Assembly: GCA_049519415.1 (NCBI GenBank) | Contig: JBEKQU010000008.1 | Location: forward strand, 24,516 to 88,515 | Length of the DNA stretch: 64,000 nt | From: Spirochaetia bacterium | GTDB taxonomy: Bacteria; Spirochaetota; Spirochaetia; SZUA-6; Fen-1364 | Reading direction: 5' to 3' | In this document: positions 1-9,119 of the stretch, in pieces | Layout of the letters: each line of letters begins with the position of its first letter | How positions within the stretch are numbered: position 1 is the stretch's first letter | Translations under genes and position numbers: made by a program | Notes under the pieces: generated by a model | Told to the model about the DNA's origin: nothing | The model's database searches: none | The model's input: the letters and a program-made list of their open reading frames with translations, nothing else

Positions 1-708
1 AATGGCTCCAGCGCCAATGCGGTGAAGAACGGCGTCTCCGTGGACACCTCCATGGGATTCACGCCCCTGGAAGGGCTGGTGATGGGCACCCGGGCGGGCG
101 ACCACGATCCGGCCATCGGCTACTACATCATACGCAAGGAGGGCTTGCGGCCCGAGGCCATGGACAGCATTCTCAACCGGAAAAGCGGGGTGCTGGGGAT
201 CACGGGCAAGTACACGGACAGGCGCGACATCGAAAACGGGGCCTGTCAGGGGGACGAGCGCTGCCAGCTTGCGATGGACATCGAGGGCTACCGGCTGAAG
301 AAGTATCTCGGCGCCTACTACGCGGCCCTCGGCCGGGTGGACGCCATCGTTTTCACGGCCGGGGTCGGCGAGCGCGGGCCTCTCACCAGGGAGAAGTGCC
401 TCGAAGGCCTGGAGGAGATGGGAATCGTGATGGATAAGCGGAAGAACGAGATCTCCACCACGCGCAACGCGGAGACGGAGATCACGGGCCCCGGTTCCAA
501 GGTGCGCATCTTCGTGATTCCCACGGATGAAGAGCTCGTGATGACGGAAGACACCTATGCCCTGATCCAGGGCACGTACGACATGCACACCAAGTTCACG
601 TACTCCTTCCAGAGCAGAGGCTACGTGAACAAGGCGCGCGAGGAGATGCTCAAGATAGAGCTGGCGGAGAAGAAGGCCCTGGCCGAGGTCATTGCCCATC
701 CCCGCTGA
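1..708 (+). CDS. ackA: Acetate kinase, C-terminal part (5' end lies outside the window)
   Basis: Motifs [31 protein letters not shown] and IPTDEE; frame is open from base 1. Confidence 0.95.
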   Translation, partial: NGSSANAVKNGVSVDTSMGFTPLEGLVMGTRAGDHDPAIGYYIIRKEGLRPEAMDSILNRKSGVLGITGKYTDRRDIENGACQGDERCQLAMDIEGYRLKKYLGAYYAALGRVDAIVFTAGVGERGPLTREKCLEGLEEMGIVMDKRKNEISTTRNAETEITGPGSKVRIFVIPTDEELVMTEDTYALIQGTYDMHTKFTYSFQSRGYVNKAREEMLKIELAEKKALAEVIAHPR

Positions 709-1534
709 GGGCCAGCAGCGCTGCTTCCACCTCGTCGATAACCCGATCGGGCGTGGACGCCCCCGCGGTGATGCCCACGCGCGCAAACGACCGAATACGT
801 GAAGGCATGTCGCCGGCCCCCTCGATGTGCCACGACGGCCTGCCTGTTGCCATGGCAGCCTCGAAGAGCCTGCGCGTGTTGGCGCTCTGCCTGCCGCCGA
901 TCACCAGGAGGGCGTCCACCTGGACGGCAAGCCGCTGGAGACTCTGCAAGCGCTTTTCCGTCGCGGCGCAGGTCGTGTCCTCAACATGAAGGGAAGGTTC
1001 CCTCCTTCTGAGAACGGCAGCGATCCGCTGGAACTCGGATCGCGCCATTGTGGTCTGGCTCACCACGAGCGCGCCGGGAGACAGAGGGACCTGCTCCGCA
1101 TCGGCCTCGGTTGCTGCCACTACGGCGTTTTTCGCGTGTTCTGCGATCGCCCTTACCTCCGCGTGCAGCGGATCGCCCACGATGACAACCTGGCATCCCT
1201 TTACAGCGTGGTCACTCACCAGTTTGTGGACGCGGAGCACGTGCCGGCAGGTTGCATCGACGCAGCGGATGCCAAGTCTCTCACACTGCCGTCTTTGTCC
1301 CGGCCCGATCCCGTGCGTCCTGATGATCACGATGCCTTCGCGCACCGTGGAGAGGTCGTCCACTGGCGTGAGGCCCCTGGCCTTAAGGTCCTCCACCACG
1401 GCCGGATTGTGGACAAGCGGGCCAAGGGAATACGCGGGCGTGCCCGGGTTCCGCGCGAGCGTCTCCTCCGTCAAACGGAGCGCGCGGCGGACCCCTTTGC
1501 ACATGCCCAGCGTTTCAGCGCGACGCACGATCAT
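689..1534 (-). CDS. ispH: 4-hydroxy-3-methylbut-2-enyl diphosphate reductase
   Basis: [44 protein letters not shown]. Start placed at ATG 1534 because TGC-TACACT lies 7 nt upstream; 1540 is an alternative. Confidence 0.93.
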   Translation of the reverse strand: MIVRRAETLGMCKGVRRALRLTEETLARNPGTPAYSLGPLVHNPAVVEDLKARGLTPVDDLSTVREGIVIIRTHGIGPGQRRQCERLGIRCVDATCRHVLRVHKLVSDHAVKGCQVVIVGDPLHAEVRAIAEHAKNAVVAATEADAEQVPLSPGALVVSQTTMARSEFQRIAAVLRRREPSLHVEDTTCAATEKRLQSLQRLAVQVDALLVIGGRQSANTRRLFEAAMATGRPSWHIEGAGDMPSRIRSFARVGITAGASTPDRVIDEVEAALLALSGDGQ

Positions 1535-1605
1535 AGCCATGAGTGTAGCACAACGCTGACAGGGGGTGCCACGCGCACAGTGCTCCATGCGATTCCGTGG
1601 CCGCG

Positions 1606-1634
1606 TTGACTTTTCCCCTCCCCATCCCTATCCT
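1606..1634 (+). promoter_or_regulatory. sigma70-type promoter
   Basis: TTGACT-N17-TATCCT, followed by AAGGAGG RBS and ATG 1659. Confidence 0.7.
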
Positions 1635-1658
1635 AGAGCCAGGCCAAGGAGGACATCC

Positions 1659-2669
1659 ATGGGAAGCCTGCAGACGCGCTACCTGGGCATTACGCTCGCA
1701 AACCCGATCATTGCGGGATCAAGCGACATAACGTCGAACGTGGACAGCATCAAGCGGCTGGAGGAAGCCGGCGTCGGCGCCGTCGTATTGAAGAGTTTGT
1801 TCGAGGAGCAGATCCAGTTGGAGCGTTTCCGCCTGGAGGAGGACTTGCAGACGGGCAGCGAGCTGTACGGCGAGATGATGAGCATTTTCCCCAAGCTGGA
1901 GCACGCCGGGTCCAAGGAGCACCTCTTCTGGGTGAAGAAATCCAAGCAAGCGGTGAAGATTCCCGTGTTCGCCAGCCTCAATGCGGTGGCCCGCGCAACG
2001 TGGATTGAGTACGCGCGGCAGCTCGCCGACCAGGGAGTGGACGGACTGGAGCTGAACTTTTTCGCCACGCCCCGGGACTTCGACGTGGGCTGCGGAAGGG
2101 TGGAGGAAGAGCAGCTTGACGCGGTTCACGAAATTCGCGCCGCGGTGAAGATACCCGTCGCCGTGAAGCTGAGCGTCTTTTACTCCAACCTGCTGAACAT
2201 GGTGAGCAGGCTCGATCGCGAGGGCGTGAACGGGTTCGTGCTCTTCAACCGTTTCTTCCAGCCCGATATCGACATAGAGAACGAATCCATCACGCAGCCG
2301 CTCAATTTCAGCATTCAGGCGGACAACCGGCTCCCCCTCCGTTTCGCGGGGCTGCTCCACGGAAAGATCAAGGCCGACATATGCGCCAGCACGGGAATCA
2401 TGACGGGCGCGGACGTGATAAAAATGCTCCTGGCAGGGGCCTCGGCGGTGCAGGTGGTCACGGGATTGTATCGCAACGGGATAAAATCCATCCGCACCAT
2501 GCTGGACGATCTCAGCCGCTGGATGGACGGCCGATCTTATGCGTCCATCGATGCCTTCCGCGGCAAGCTGTCGGCCGGCAATACCAAGGACCCCTGGGCG
2601 TACACCAGGGCGCAGTATGCCAAGATGCTCCTCAATTCCAAGGACTTCGCGGAGCCAGTGAAGGCATAG
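1659..2669 (+). CDS. Dihydroorotate dehydrogenase-like FMN protein
   Basis: YLGITLANPII, VVLKSLFEEQI, VAVKLS, VLFNRFFQPDID, LLAGASAVQ. Confidence 0.85.
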   Translation: MGSLQTRYLGITLANPIIAGSSDITSNVDSIKRLEEAGVGAVVLKSLFEEQIQLERFRLEEDLQTGSELYGEMMSIFPKLEHAGSKEHLFWVKKSKQAVKIPVFASLNAVARATWIEYARQLADQGVDGLELNFFATPRDFDVGCGRVEEEQLDAVHEIRAAVKIPVAVKLSVFYSNLLNMVSRLDREGVNGFVLFNRFFQPDIDIENESITQPLNFSIQADNRLPLRFAGLLHGKIKADICASTGIMTGADVIKMLLAGASAVQVVTGLYRNGIKSIRTMLDDLSRWMDGRSYASIDAFRGKLSAGNTKDPWAYTRAQYAKMLLNSKDFAEPVKA

Positions 2670-2748
2670 TCAGGGACGCATGGCACGGTACACCGTGCGG
2701 AGGCCGGCAGCGGGCCGCGCCCATAAACGCCCCACGGGGAGCGCAACA

Positions 2749-3822
2749 GTGAGCAGACTTCTCTGGAAGGACGATTGGGAGAGAACGCGCGAAAGGTTTT
2801 CCGCGTGGTGGCGCCGCGAAGGCATGATCCTGGCCGTGACCGCGCCGCGCGCCGTTCCTGTTGAGGACATACCCGAGCCGGCCGCCCCAGCGGATAACAC
2901 GCGTTTCTGGACGGATCCGGACTACCGGCTGTGCAAGGGAGAGAGCCTCATGGCGCGCACCTACTACGGCGCCGAGGCGTTCCCCTGCTTTGATCCGGAG
3001 ATCGGGCCCGGCAACCTGGCCACCTTCATCGGCTCGGAGCCGGAATACGCGCGGGACACTGTCTGGTTCAATCCCTGCATCGACGATCCCGAGACTCACC
3101 CGGCCCTCTGCTTTGATCCGAACGCGCCCCATTACCGCAGGCAGATGGCGATCATCGAAAAAGCGCTCAGCGGAAGCCGGGAACGGTATCTCGTCGGTTT
3201 TCCCGATCTCATAGAAAACATCGACATCCTCGTGTCTTTGCGGGGGATGGAGAAGCTCCTGTCGGACATGCTGGACAGGCCGGCGTTCGTTGAGGAGCGG
3301 GTGGCGCAGATCAACAGGATCTGGTTCGACGTGTACGAGCGGATGCGGCCGCGCATCACCGACGCATGGGGGGGCAGCACGTGGGCCTGCTTTCACATCT
3401 GGGGGCAGGGGCGCACGGCCAAGGTGCAATGCGATGCCTCCGCGGCGTTCTCCCCCTCGATGTTCCGCAGATTTGTCGTGCCGGCTCTCTCTGAACAGTG
3501 CCAGTGGCTGGACAATGCCCTCTACCACCTGGACGGACAGCAATGCATCGTTCACCTCGACGCGCTGCTGGCCATTGACGCGCTGGACGTCATCCAGTGG
3601 ACGGCGGGCGCGGGCAGGCCGGGCGCCGGAGACCCGTGCTGGCACGAGCTGTATCGGCGCATCCTGGCGGGCGGCAAGGGCGTGATGGCCGCGGAAGTGA
3701 AACCGCACGAAGTGATCCCTCTCCTGGACGCCGTGGGGCCCCGCGGGCTGTTTGTCCAGGTGAACGCTGAAACCGAGGAACAGGCGCGCGGCCTGGAGGA
3801 AAGGGTGGACGCGTACCGATAG
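2749..3822 (+). CDS. Uroporphyrinogen decarboxylase/MtaA-like (corrinoid methyltransferase 2-like) TIM-barrel protein
   Basis: GPGNLA, LRGMEKLLSDM, QCD, YHLDG, IQWTAGAG; GTG start after GGGGAG. Confidence 0.65.
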   Translation: MSRLLWKDDWERTRERFSAWWRREGMILAVTAPRAVPVEDIPEPAAPADNTRFWTDPDYRLCKGESLMARTYYGAEAFPCFDPEIGPGNLATFIGSEPEYARDTVWFNPCIDDPETHPALCFDPNAPHYRRQMAIIEKALSGSRERYLVGFPDLIENIDILVSLRGMEKLLSDMLDRPAFVEERVAQINRIWFDVYERMRPRITDAWGGSTWACFHIWGQGRTAKVQCDASAAFSPSMFRRFVVPALSEQCQWLDNALYHLDGQQCIVHLDALLAIDALDVIQWTAGAGRPGAGDPCWHELYRRILAGGKGVMAAEVKPHEVIPLLDAVGPRGLFVQVNAETEEQARGLEERVDAYR

Positions 3823-3934
3823 AGACGCGGGCCCCCCACGCGCTGCCCTCTCAGTGCGCTGGGCGCACCTGCCGGGCCAGGGCTCCCGCGCTGGTGATGG
3901 ACGCTGCCGGCCTGATCCGCTACTATCACCCTGC

Positions 3935-5146
3935 ATGAAACGCAACACCCTCCTCATCGTCGTGGTTGCCATCGCGGCGATATTTCTATTTTTCAATCCC
4001 CTGAAGTACTTCAACCGCAATTCCAATGCCGTGCAGCGGCCGAGCGCGAGCGCGGCCGCGGTTGCTCCGCTTCTCTCCTACGCACAGGCGAGCTGGCGCT
4101 CGCCCGAGGACTACGTGATCGCGGCGTTCGCCGGCCACGACATCGTCTTCCTCGGCGAGTTCTACAAGATCAAGCAGAACGTGCAGCTTGTGGGCGCTCT
4201 CATCCCCCGGTTGTACGCCGCGGGAATTCGGAATATCGGCATCGAGTACGCCCTCTCCGACGATCAGCAGGACATAGATTCCCTTGTGACGGCGCCTGCA
4301 TGGGACGAGGCCAGGGCCCGCGCAATCACCTTCGACTGGCTGGTGACCTGGGGCTATCAGGAATACATCGACCTGTACAAGGCGGCCTGGCAGGTCAACC
4401 AGGGCCGGCCCAAGGGCGCGCAGCCCTTCCGCGTCGTGGGCCTCAACGTGCGCCAGAACTGGGAATACCTGAAAACCCAGAATGACGTGAACAATGCCAA
4501 AACCGTGGCCAGCATCATGGGGAACGGCATCCCTGACGCGCACATCGCTGAGGTGATCGACAGGGAGTTCGTGCAGAAGGGCCAGAAGGCCCTCATCTAC
4601 TGCGGGACGCAGCACGTGTTCACGCGCTACCACAGCAAGGCATATGAGAAGAACGCCGCTGACATGAAGCTGTCGGAGACGCGCAGGGCGGGAAACATCG
4701 TCTATGACAGGATCGGCGCCCGGGCGTTCGCCATCACTCTCCACGAGCCCTGGCCGGACCCCTCTCAAAAGTCCGGGCTCTCCTACCCCGCGGGAGGCGC
4801 CATCGATGCCCTGATCGACGCCCTCCCCCAAGACAAGAAGAGCGCGGGCTGGGACACGGCCGGCACCCCTCTGGGCGCGCTTTCGATCCAGAACAGCGGC
4901 TATGCGGACGGGACCACGGCCGCGACGCTTGCCGATCTTTTCGACGGCTACATCATCCAGGGACCCATCGCTCTGTACACCACGGTGACTCCGATCAAGG
5001 ATTTCATACAGCCGCAAGATGTGGACCGGGCCAACAAGTATTTCCCCGGCGCAAAGCCTGCAAAGGCCATGACAGGAGAAGAGCTGAACCAGTCCATCGC
5101 GGATGATCTGGATCAGCTGGCCAAGACTATCGCGCAATTCAAGTAA
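3935..5146 (+). CDS. Membrane-anchored/secreted protein, ChaN/EreA/TIKI-like fold
   Basis: N-terminal hydrophobic segment; DIVFLGE, IGIE and YCGTQH motifs. Confidence 0.55.
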   Translation: MKRNTLLIVVVAIAAIFLFFNPLKYFNRNSNAVQRPSASAAAVAPLLSYAQASWRSPEDYVIAAFAGHDIVFLGEFYKIKQNVQLVGALIPRLYAAGIRNIGIEYALSDDQQDIDSLVTAPAWDEARARAITFDWLVTWGYQEYIDLYKAAWQVNQGRPKGAQPFRVVGLNVRQNWEYLKTQNDVNNAKTVASIMGNGIPDAHIAEVIDREFVQKGQKALIYCGTQHVFTRYHSKAYEKNAADMKLSETRRAGNIVYDRIGARAFAITLHEPWPDPSQKSGLSYPAGGAIDALIDALPQDKKSAGWDTAGTPLGALSIQNSGYADGTTAATLADLFDGYIIQGPIALYTTVTPIKDFIQPQDVDRANKYFPGAKPAKAMTGEELNQSIADDLDQLAKTIAQFK

Positions 5147-5157
5147 GGGAGGCGGGC

Positions 5158-5688
5158 ATGGAAAAAGTGAATCGCGTCATCCTGTTCTGCGACATCCACA
5201 AGTTCGCGCGCCTGGCGCTTGCACTGGAAGATCGAATGCCTTCTTTTGTGCAGGCATTCTACGAGATCGTGGGCGATGCGGTAGCGGTCAATGGGGGACG
5301 GCTGCTGAAATACATGGGCGACTCCGTGCTCGCGGTTTTTCCGGAGGAACGAACAGCGGCCGCGGTGGCGAGCGCGCTCCGCATGCGAAAGGAGTTCGCG
5401 CGGCTGGCCCGGGAGAGCGGCACGGGCGTGGATTCCGATCTCGGGATTGCCATCGGCAGGGGACCCGTGATCCATGGCATCTTCGGCCACTCCTCGCTTC
5501 GGACAGAGGATGTGTTCGGCGAAACAGTGAATGAAACCGCCATGCTGCTGCAGGCGCGGGGCGTTGTGCTTTCCCGGGAAGCGCGGGAAGCGGCGGGGGA
5601 TCAGTTCCCGCTGGAAAAGCTGCCCGACGTTATCCTGAAGTGGCGGCCGGAGCCGCTGGAAGCATGGAGAGTGATCGAGGCCGGTTGA
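5158..5688 (+). CDS. Stand-alone class III adenylate/guanylate cyclase-domain protein
   Basis: ILFCDIHKF, KYMGDSV, FGETVN; RBS GGGAGG. Confidence 0.8.
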   Translation: MEKVNRVILFCDIHKFARLALALEDRMPSFVQAFYEIVGDAVAVNGGRLLKYMGDSVLAVFPEERTAAAVASALRMRKEFARLARESGTGVDSDLGIAIGRGPVIHGIFGHSSLRTEDVFGETVNETAMLLQARGVVLSREAREAAGDQFPLEKLPDVILKWRPEPLEAWRVIEAG

Positions 5689-6416
5689 TGGCGTTGGCGC
5701 GGCTGGTCGTGCTTTTCGAAGACAGGGACATGCTCGTGGTCGACAAGCCTGCAGGCGTGCACACGGCGCCTCTTCATGCCGGCGATCAAGGCACGCTCCT
5801 GGGCATGGTGATCGAGGCATATCCCGAGGTGGCTGGCCTTCAGGGAAGAAAAGCCGCGGAGCCGGGGCTCGTGAACAGGCTGGACAGGGAAACCTCCGGC
5901 TGCGTCGTTGTGGCACGCACGGCGGCGGCGTTCTCCGCGCTGCTGGAGATCTTTGCCGCGGATGGCGCGTCAAAGCGCTACACTGCCGCATGCGCCGAGC
6001 CGGATCATGCGGCCGAAGGAACGCTGAGCGTAGAAAGCAGGTTCGCGCCGTACGGCCCAGGCCGTCGGATGGTGCGCGTCATCCTGCCGGAGGAAAAGTC
6101 GAAACGGCTCGCGCAGGCGGCGACTAGGGAGACATACCGAACGGAAGCGAGAATCCTTGCAACCGGTTCCGGCAGGACGCTCCTCTCCGCGTGCATCACC
6201 AAGGGGTTCCGGCACCAGGTGCGGGCGCACCTGTCCTTTATAGGGTACCCCATTTTTGGCGACCCTCTGTACGGCGTGGCCGTTCCCCCGACATTCCCGG
6301 CCCGGATGTACCTCCACGCAGCGCGCATCGAGATGCCGCATCCCGTGTCGGGTGCCGCCATGGTCGTGGAATCACCGGAGCCGCCCGAGTTCAAGGCGCT
6401 TTTCGCCGTCCGCTAA
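5688..6416 (+). CDS. RluA-family RNA pseudouridine synthase
   Basis: VVDKPAG, VNRLDRETSG, HQVRAH, GDPLYG, LHA; TGATG overlap with the upstream gene. Confidence 0.9.
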   Translation: MALARLVVLFEDRDMLVVDKPAGVHTAPLHAGDQGTLLGMVIEAYPEVAGLQGRKAAEPGLVNRLDRETSGCVVVARTAAAFSALLEIFAADGASKRYTAACAEPDHAAEGTLSVESRFAPYGPGRRMVRVILPEEKSKRLAQAATRETYRTEARILATGSGRTLLSACITKGFRHQVRAHLSFIGYPIFGDPLYGVAVPPTFPARMYLHAARIEMPHPVSGAAMVVESPEPPEFKALFAVR

Positions 6417-6431
6417 GAAAGGAGTCATTCT

Positions 6432-7946
6432 ATGAGCGTGAGCTTCCACGACCGTGACATCATCTCCATCACCGACTTCTCCCGGGAGGAGATCCTCTCG
6501 CTGTGCGCCGCGGGACGGCGCATGTGGGAGAGGGAGAAAACGGGCCAGCGAAACAGCCTTCGTGACGCTCTCAAGCACCGCACCCTTTCCTACATGTTCT
6601 ACGAGCCCAGCACCCGCACGCGCACCAGCTTCAATACCGGCATGCGCGAGCTGGGCGGCCGCTACGACGGGTTCTCCGGCACCGAGGGGACTTCCGTCAT
6701 GAAGAACGAGACCGTGCGCGATACGGTGACCATGATGTGCGCCAACCACAACGACGTGATCGTGATGCGCCACCCCCTGGACGGCTCCCTGCAGTGGGCG
6801 GCGGATGTGGCCAACATCCCGGTGATCAACGGCGGCGACGGCAAGAACGAGCATCCGACCCAGGCGCTCCTCGACGTGCTCACCATCTACTCGCTGCGGG
6901 AGGAGCGGCTGGACGGGCTGCGCGTGGGGTTCGGCGGGGACCTGTCGCACGGGAGGACGGTGCGCTCGCTGAGCCTCGCGCTTTCGCATTTCGATGATAT
7001 CACCATCCGCTGGGCGGCGGAGGATTTCCTTGGCATGCCGGAGGAACTGGAGGAGCTGCTTGCAAGCCGGGGCGTGAAGGTGGCGCGGGAAAAGACCGTG
7101 CGGGACGTGATGCGCCAGGTGGATTTCTACTACATGACCCGGCCCCAGCTTGAGCGGATGCCGGGGGTGCGCCAGAAGGACATCGTGGCCATGATGAAGC
7201 AGTACCGCATTGACAGGGAGAAGATCGAGGGTTTCGACGTGCGCGTCCTGCATCCCCTGCCGGTGAACAGTGAGATCGCCGAGATCGACTACCGTGTCTA
7301 CTTCACCCCGGCGCAAGCCTTCTTCGCGCAGGCGGAGTTCGGCATCTTCCTGCGCAAGGCGCTCCTGCACGAGATGCTGGGGCACGAGGGCTACCGGCAC
7401 TACAACGGCAGGCTTCCGATGGAGCTGGCCGTGGGAAACAACAGGCTCCCGCGCAGGATCCACGGCCTGAAGCAGAGCGGCATGTTCATCGACAAGATCC
7501 ATGATGGCGCCGTCATCGACCACCTGGCGCAGGGCACGCTGCGCGCCGTGAGCGACGCGCTGGACCTGGAGAACCGGGGGTATTCCTGCACCACGGCCAC
7601 GATCACGGAGAAACCCAACCCCTTCATAAAAACCAATCTGCGCGAGCTGCCCGAGCGCGACCTGAAGCACGTGGCCCTGCTCTCCCCGGAGCCCACGATC
7701 AATTACGTGAAGGAGGGACGGATCGTAGAGAAGTTCGTGTACCTCCTCTGCGGCAATGCAAACTGCATCAGCCGGACCATCAACGAGGACGTGCCCCCCC
7801 GTTTCTACTCCGATGTGGGGACGATCCGGTGCAGGTACTGCCGCAGGCCGTATGCTGTCGCGCACCGCAAGGTGACGCCCGAGGAGCGCGCTGCCTATAT
7901 CGCGTCTCTCCCCGCCCGGATCGAGCCGGTCGCATACCCGGACTAG
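6432..7946 (+). CDS. pyrB: Aspartate carbamoyltransferase, fused catalytic (PyrB) and regulatory (PyrI) chains
   Basis: FYEPSTRT, HPTQALLD, HPLP; C-terminal IHDGAVIDH with zinc ligands CGNANC and CRYC. Confidence 0.93.
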   Translation: MSVSFHDRDIISITDFSREEILSLCAAGRRMWEREKTGQRNSLRDALKHRTLSYMFYEPSTRTRTSFNTGMRELGGRYDGFSGTEGTSVMKNETVRDTVTMMCANHNDVIVMRHPLDGSLQWAADVANIPVINGGDGKNEHPTQALLDVLTIYSLREERLDGLRVGFGGDLSHGRTVRSLSLALSHFDDITIRWAAEDFLGMPEELEELLASRGVKVAREKTVRDVMRQVDFYYMTRPQLERMPGVRQKDIVAMMKQYRIDREKIEGFDVRVLHPLPVNSEIAEIDYRVYFTPAQAFFAQAEFGIFLRKALLHEMLGHEGYRHYNGRLPMELAVGNNRLPRRIHGLKQSGMFIDKIHDGAVIDHLAQGTLRAVSDALDLENRGYSCTTATITEKPNPFIKTNLRELPERDLKHVALLSPEPTINYVKEGRIVEKFVYLLCGNANCISRTINEDVPPRFYSDVGTIRCRYCRRPYAVAHRKVTPEERAAYIASLPARIEPVAYPD

Positions 7947-8024
7947 GAAAGCGTACCGCATGGACATGACTGAAACCGTTGCTGACATGCCCGGCGGTCG
8001 CGCTCCACGCGATGGGGGTTTGAG

Positions 8025-9119
8025 ATGATCGACCCGCACGTCCACCTGCGCGATTGGCGCCAGGCGGGGAAGGAAACGCTTCGGCACGGCCTTTCCGTGG
8101 CGTATCGCGCTGGCCTGGACGGCGTTTTCGAAATGCCGAACACCGATCCCCCCCTCACCTCCCGGGAGGCCATTCTTCGCCGTATCGGCGACGCGGACGC
8201 GGCGCTGCATGGCCTGGGCATCTCCCTGTTTCATGGGGTATATGCCGGGCTCACGGCGGTGCCCCGACAGGTGGAGGAGATGGTGCGCTCATGGCGCGAG
8301 CTGTTCCCGCGCGTGGTGGGATTGAAGATGTTTGCCGGACACTCCACGGGAAACATGGGCATCGTGGACCCGAGGGAGCAGGCACTCGTCTACCGGACCC
8401 TGGCCGCTCTGGGATACACGGGCGTGCTGGCCGTGCATTGCGAAAAGGAGGAGCTGCTCCGCCCCTCGGAGTGGGACCCGAGCCGACCGGTGAGCCATGC
8501 GCGCGCCCGGCCGCCCGGGGCCGAGGTGGCTTCCGTGGACGACCAGAAAAGGCTCGCGCGCAAGGCCGGCTTTGCCGGCATCCTTCATGTCTGCCACATC
8601 TCCACGCCGTGGGCGCTGGACCTGCTGCACGGCACGCACGAGGGGGCGCCCTCCGCCACGGTCTCGCGGTCTGATGCCGCGGCCGCAGGAGTGCCGCCCG
8701 GGCTTCGCGTCACATGCGGCCTCACCCCCCATCACGCGCTGCTCGATGCCAACATGATGGAAGGGCCGGATGGACTGCTGCTCAAGGTGAACCCTCCCCT
8801 GCGGCCGCTGCCCATGCCCTCTCTCATGCTGCAAAGGCTCCTCAATGGGGATATCGATTGGATCGAGACGGACCACGCGCCGCACACGCGCAAAGACAAG
8901 ATGGAAGGGTTCGCCTCCGGCATTCCCGGGCTTCCGTTCTACCCCAGGTTCGTGAAGCTCTTGTCGGACAAGGGACTGTCAAAGGCGCGGATCGATGAGA
9001 TGACCCACGGCGCGGTCTGCCGGGCCTTCGGCGTTTCCATCAGCCGGTCCGGGCGCGCGCCTGAGCCCGGCCTGGAAAGGGAATACGAGTTCGACCCATT
9101 CACTGCTCCTGGACGATGA
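8025..9119 (+). CDS. pyrC: Dihydroorotase
   Basis: IDPHVHLRD, EMPNT, HCE, HVCHIS, KVNPPLR, TDHAPH. Confidence 0.9.
   Translation: MIDPHVHLRDWRQAGKETLRHGLSVAYRAGLDGVFEMPNTDPPLTSREAILRRIGDADAALHGLGISLFHGVYAGLTAVPRQVEEMVRSWRELFPRVVGLKMFAGHSTGNMGIVDPREQALVYRTLAALGYTGVLAVHCEKEELLRPSEWDPSRPVSHARARPPGAEVASVDDQKRLARKAGFAGILHVCHISTPWALDLLHGTHEGAPSATVSRSDAAAAGVPPGLRVTCGLTPHHALLDANMMEGPDGLLLKVNPPLRPLPMPSLMLQRLLNGDIDWIETDHAPHTRKDKMEGFASGIPGLPFYPRFVKLLSDKGLSKARIDEMTHGAVCRAFGVSISRSGRAPEPGLEREYEFDPFTAPGR

Noticed and set aside
689-9119. 20-nt convergent 3' overlaps (ackA/ispH at 689-708, pyrC/GH13 at 9100-9119)
   Set aside because: Common in compact GC-rich genomes; no evidence of a regulatory role.
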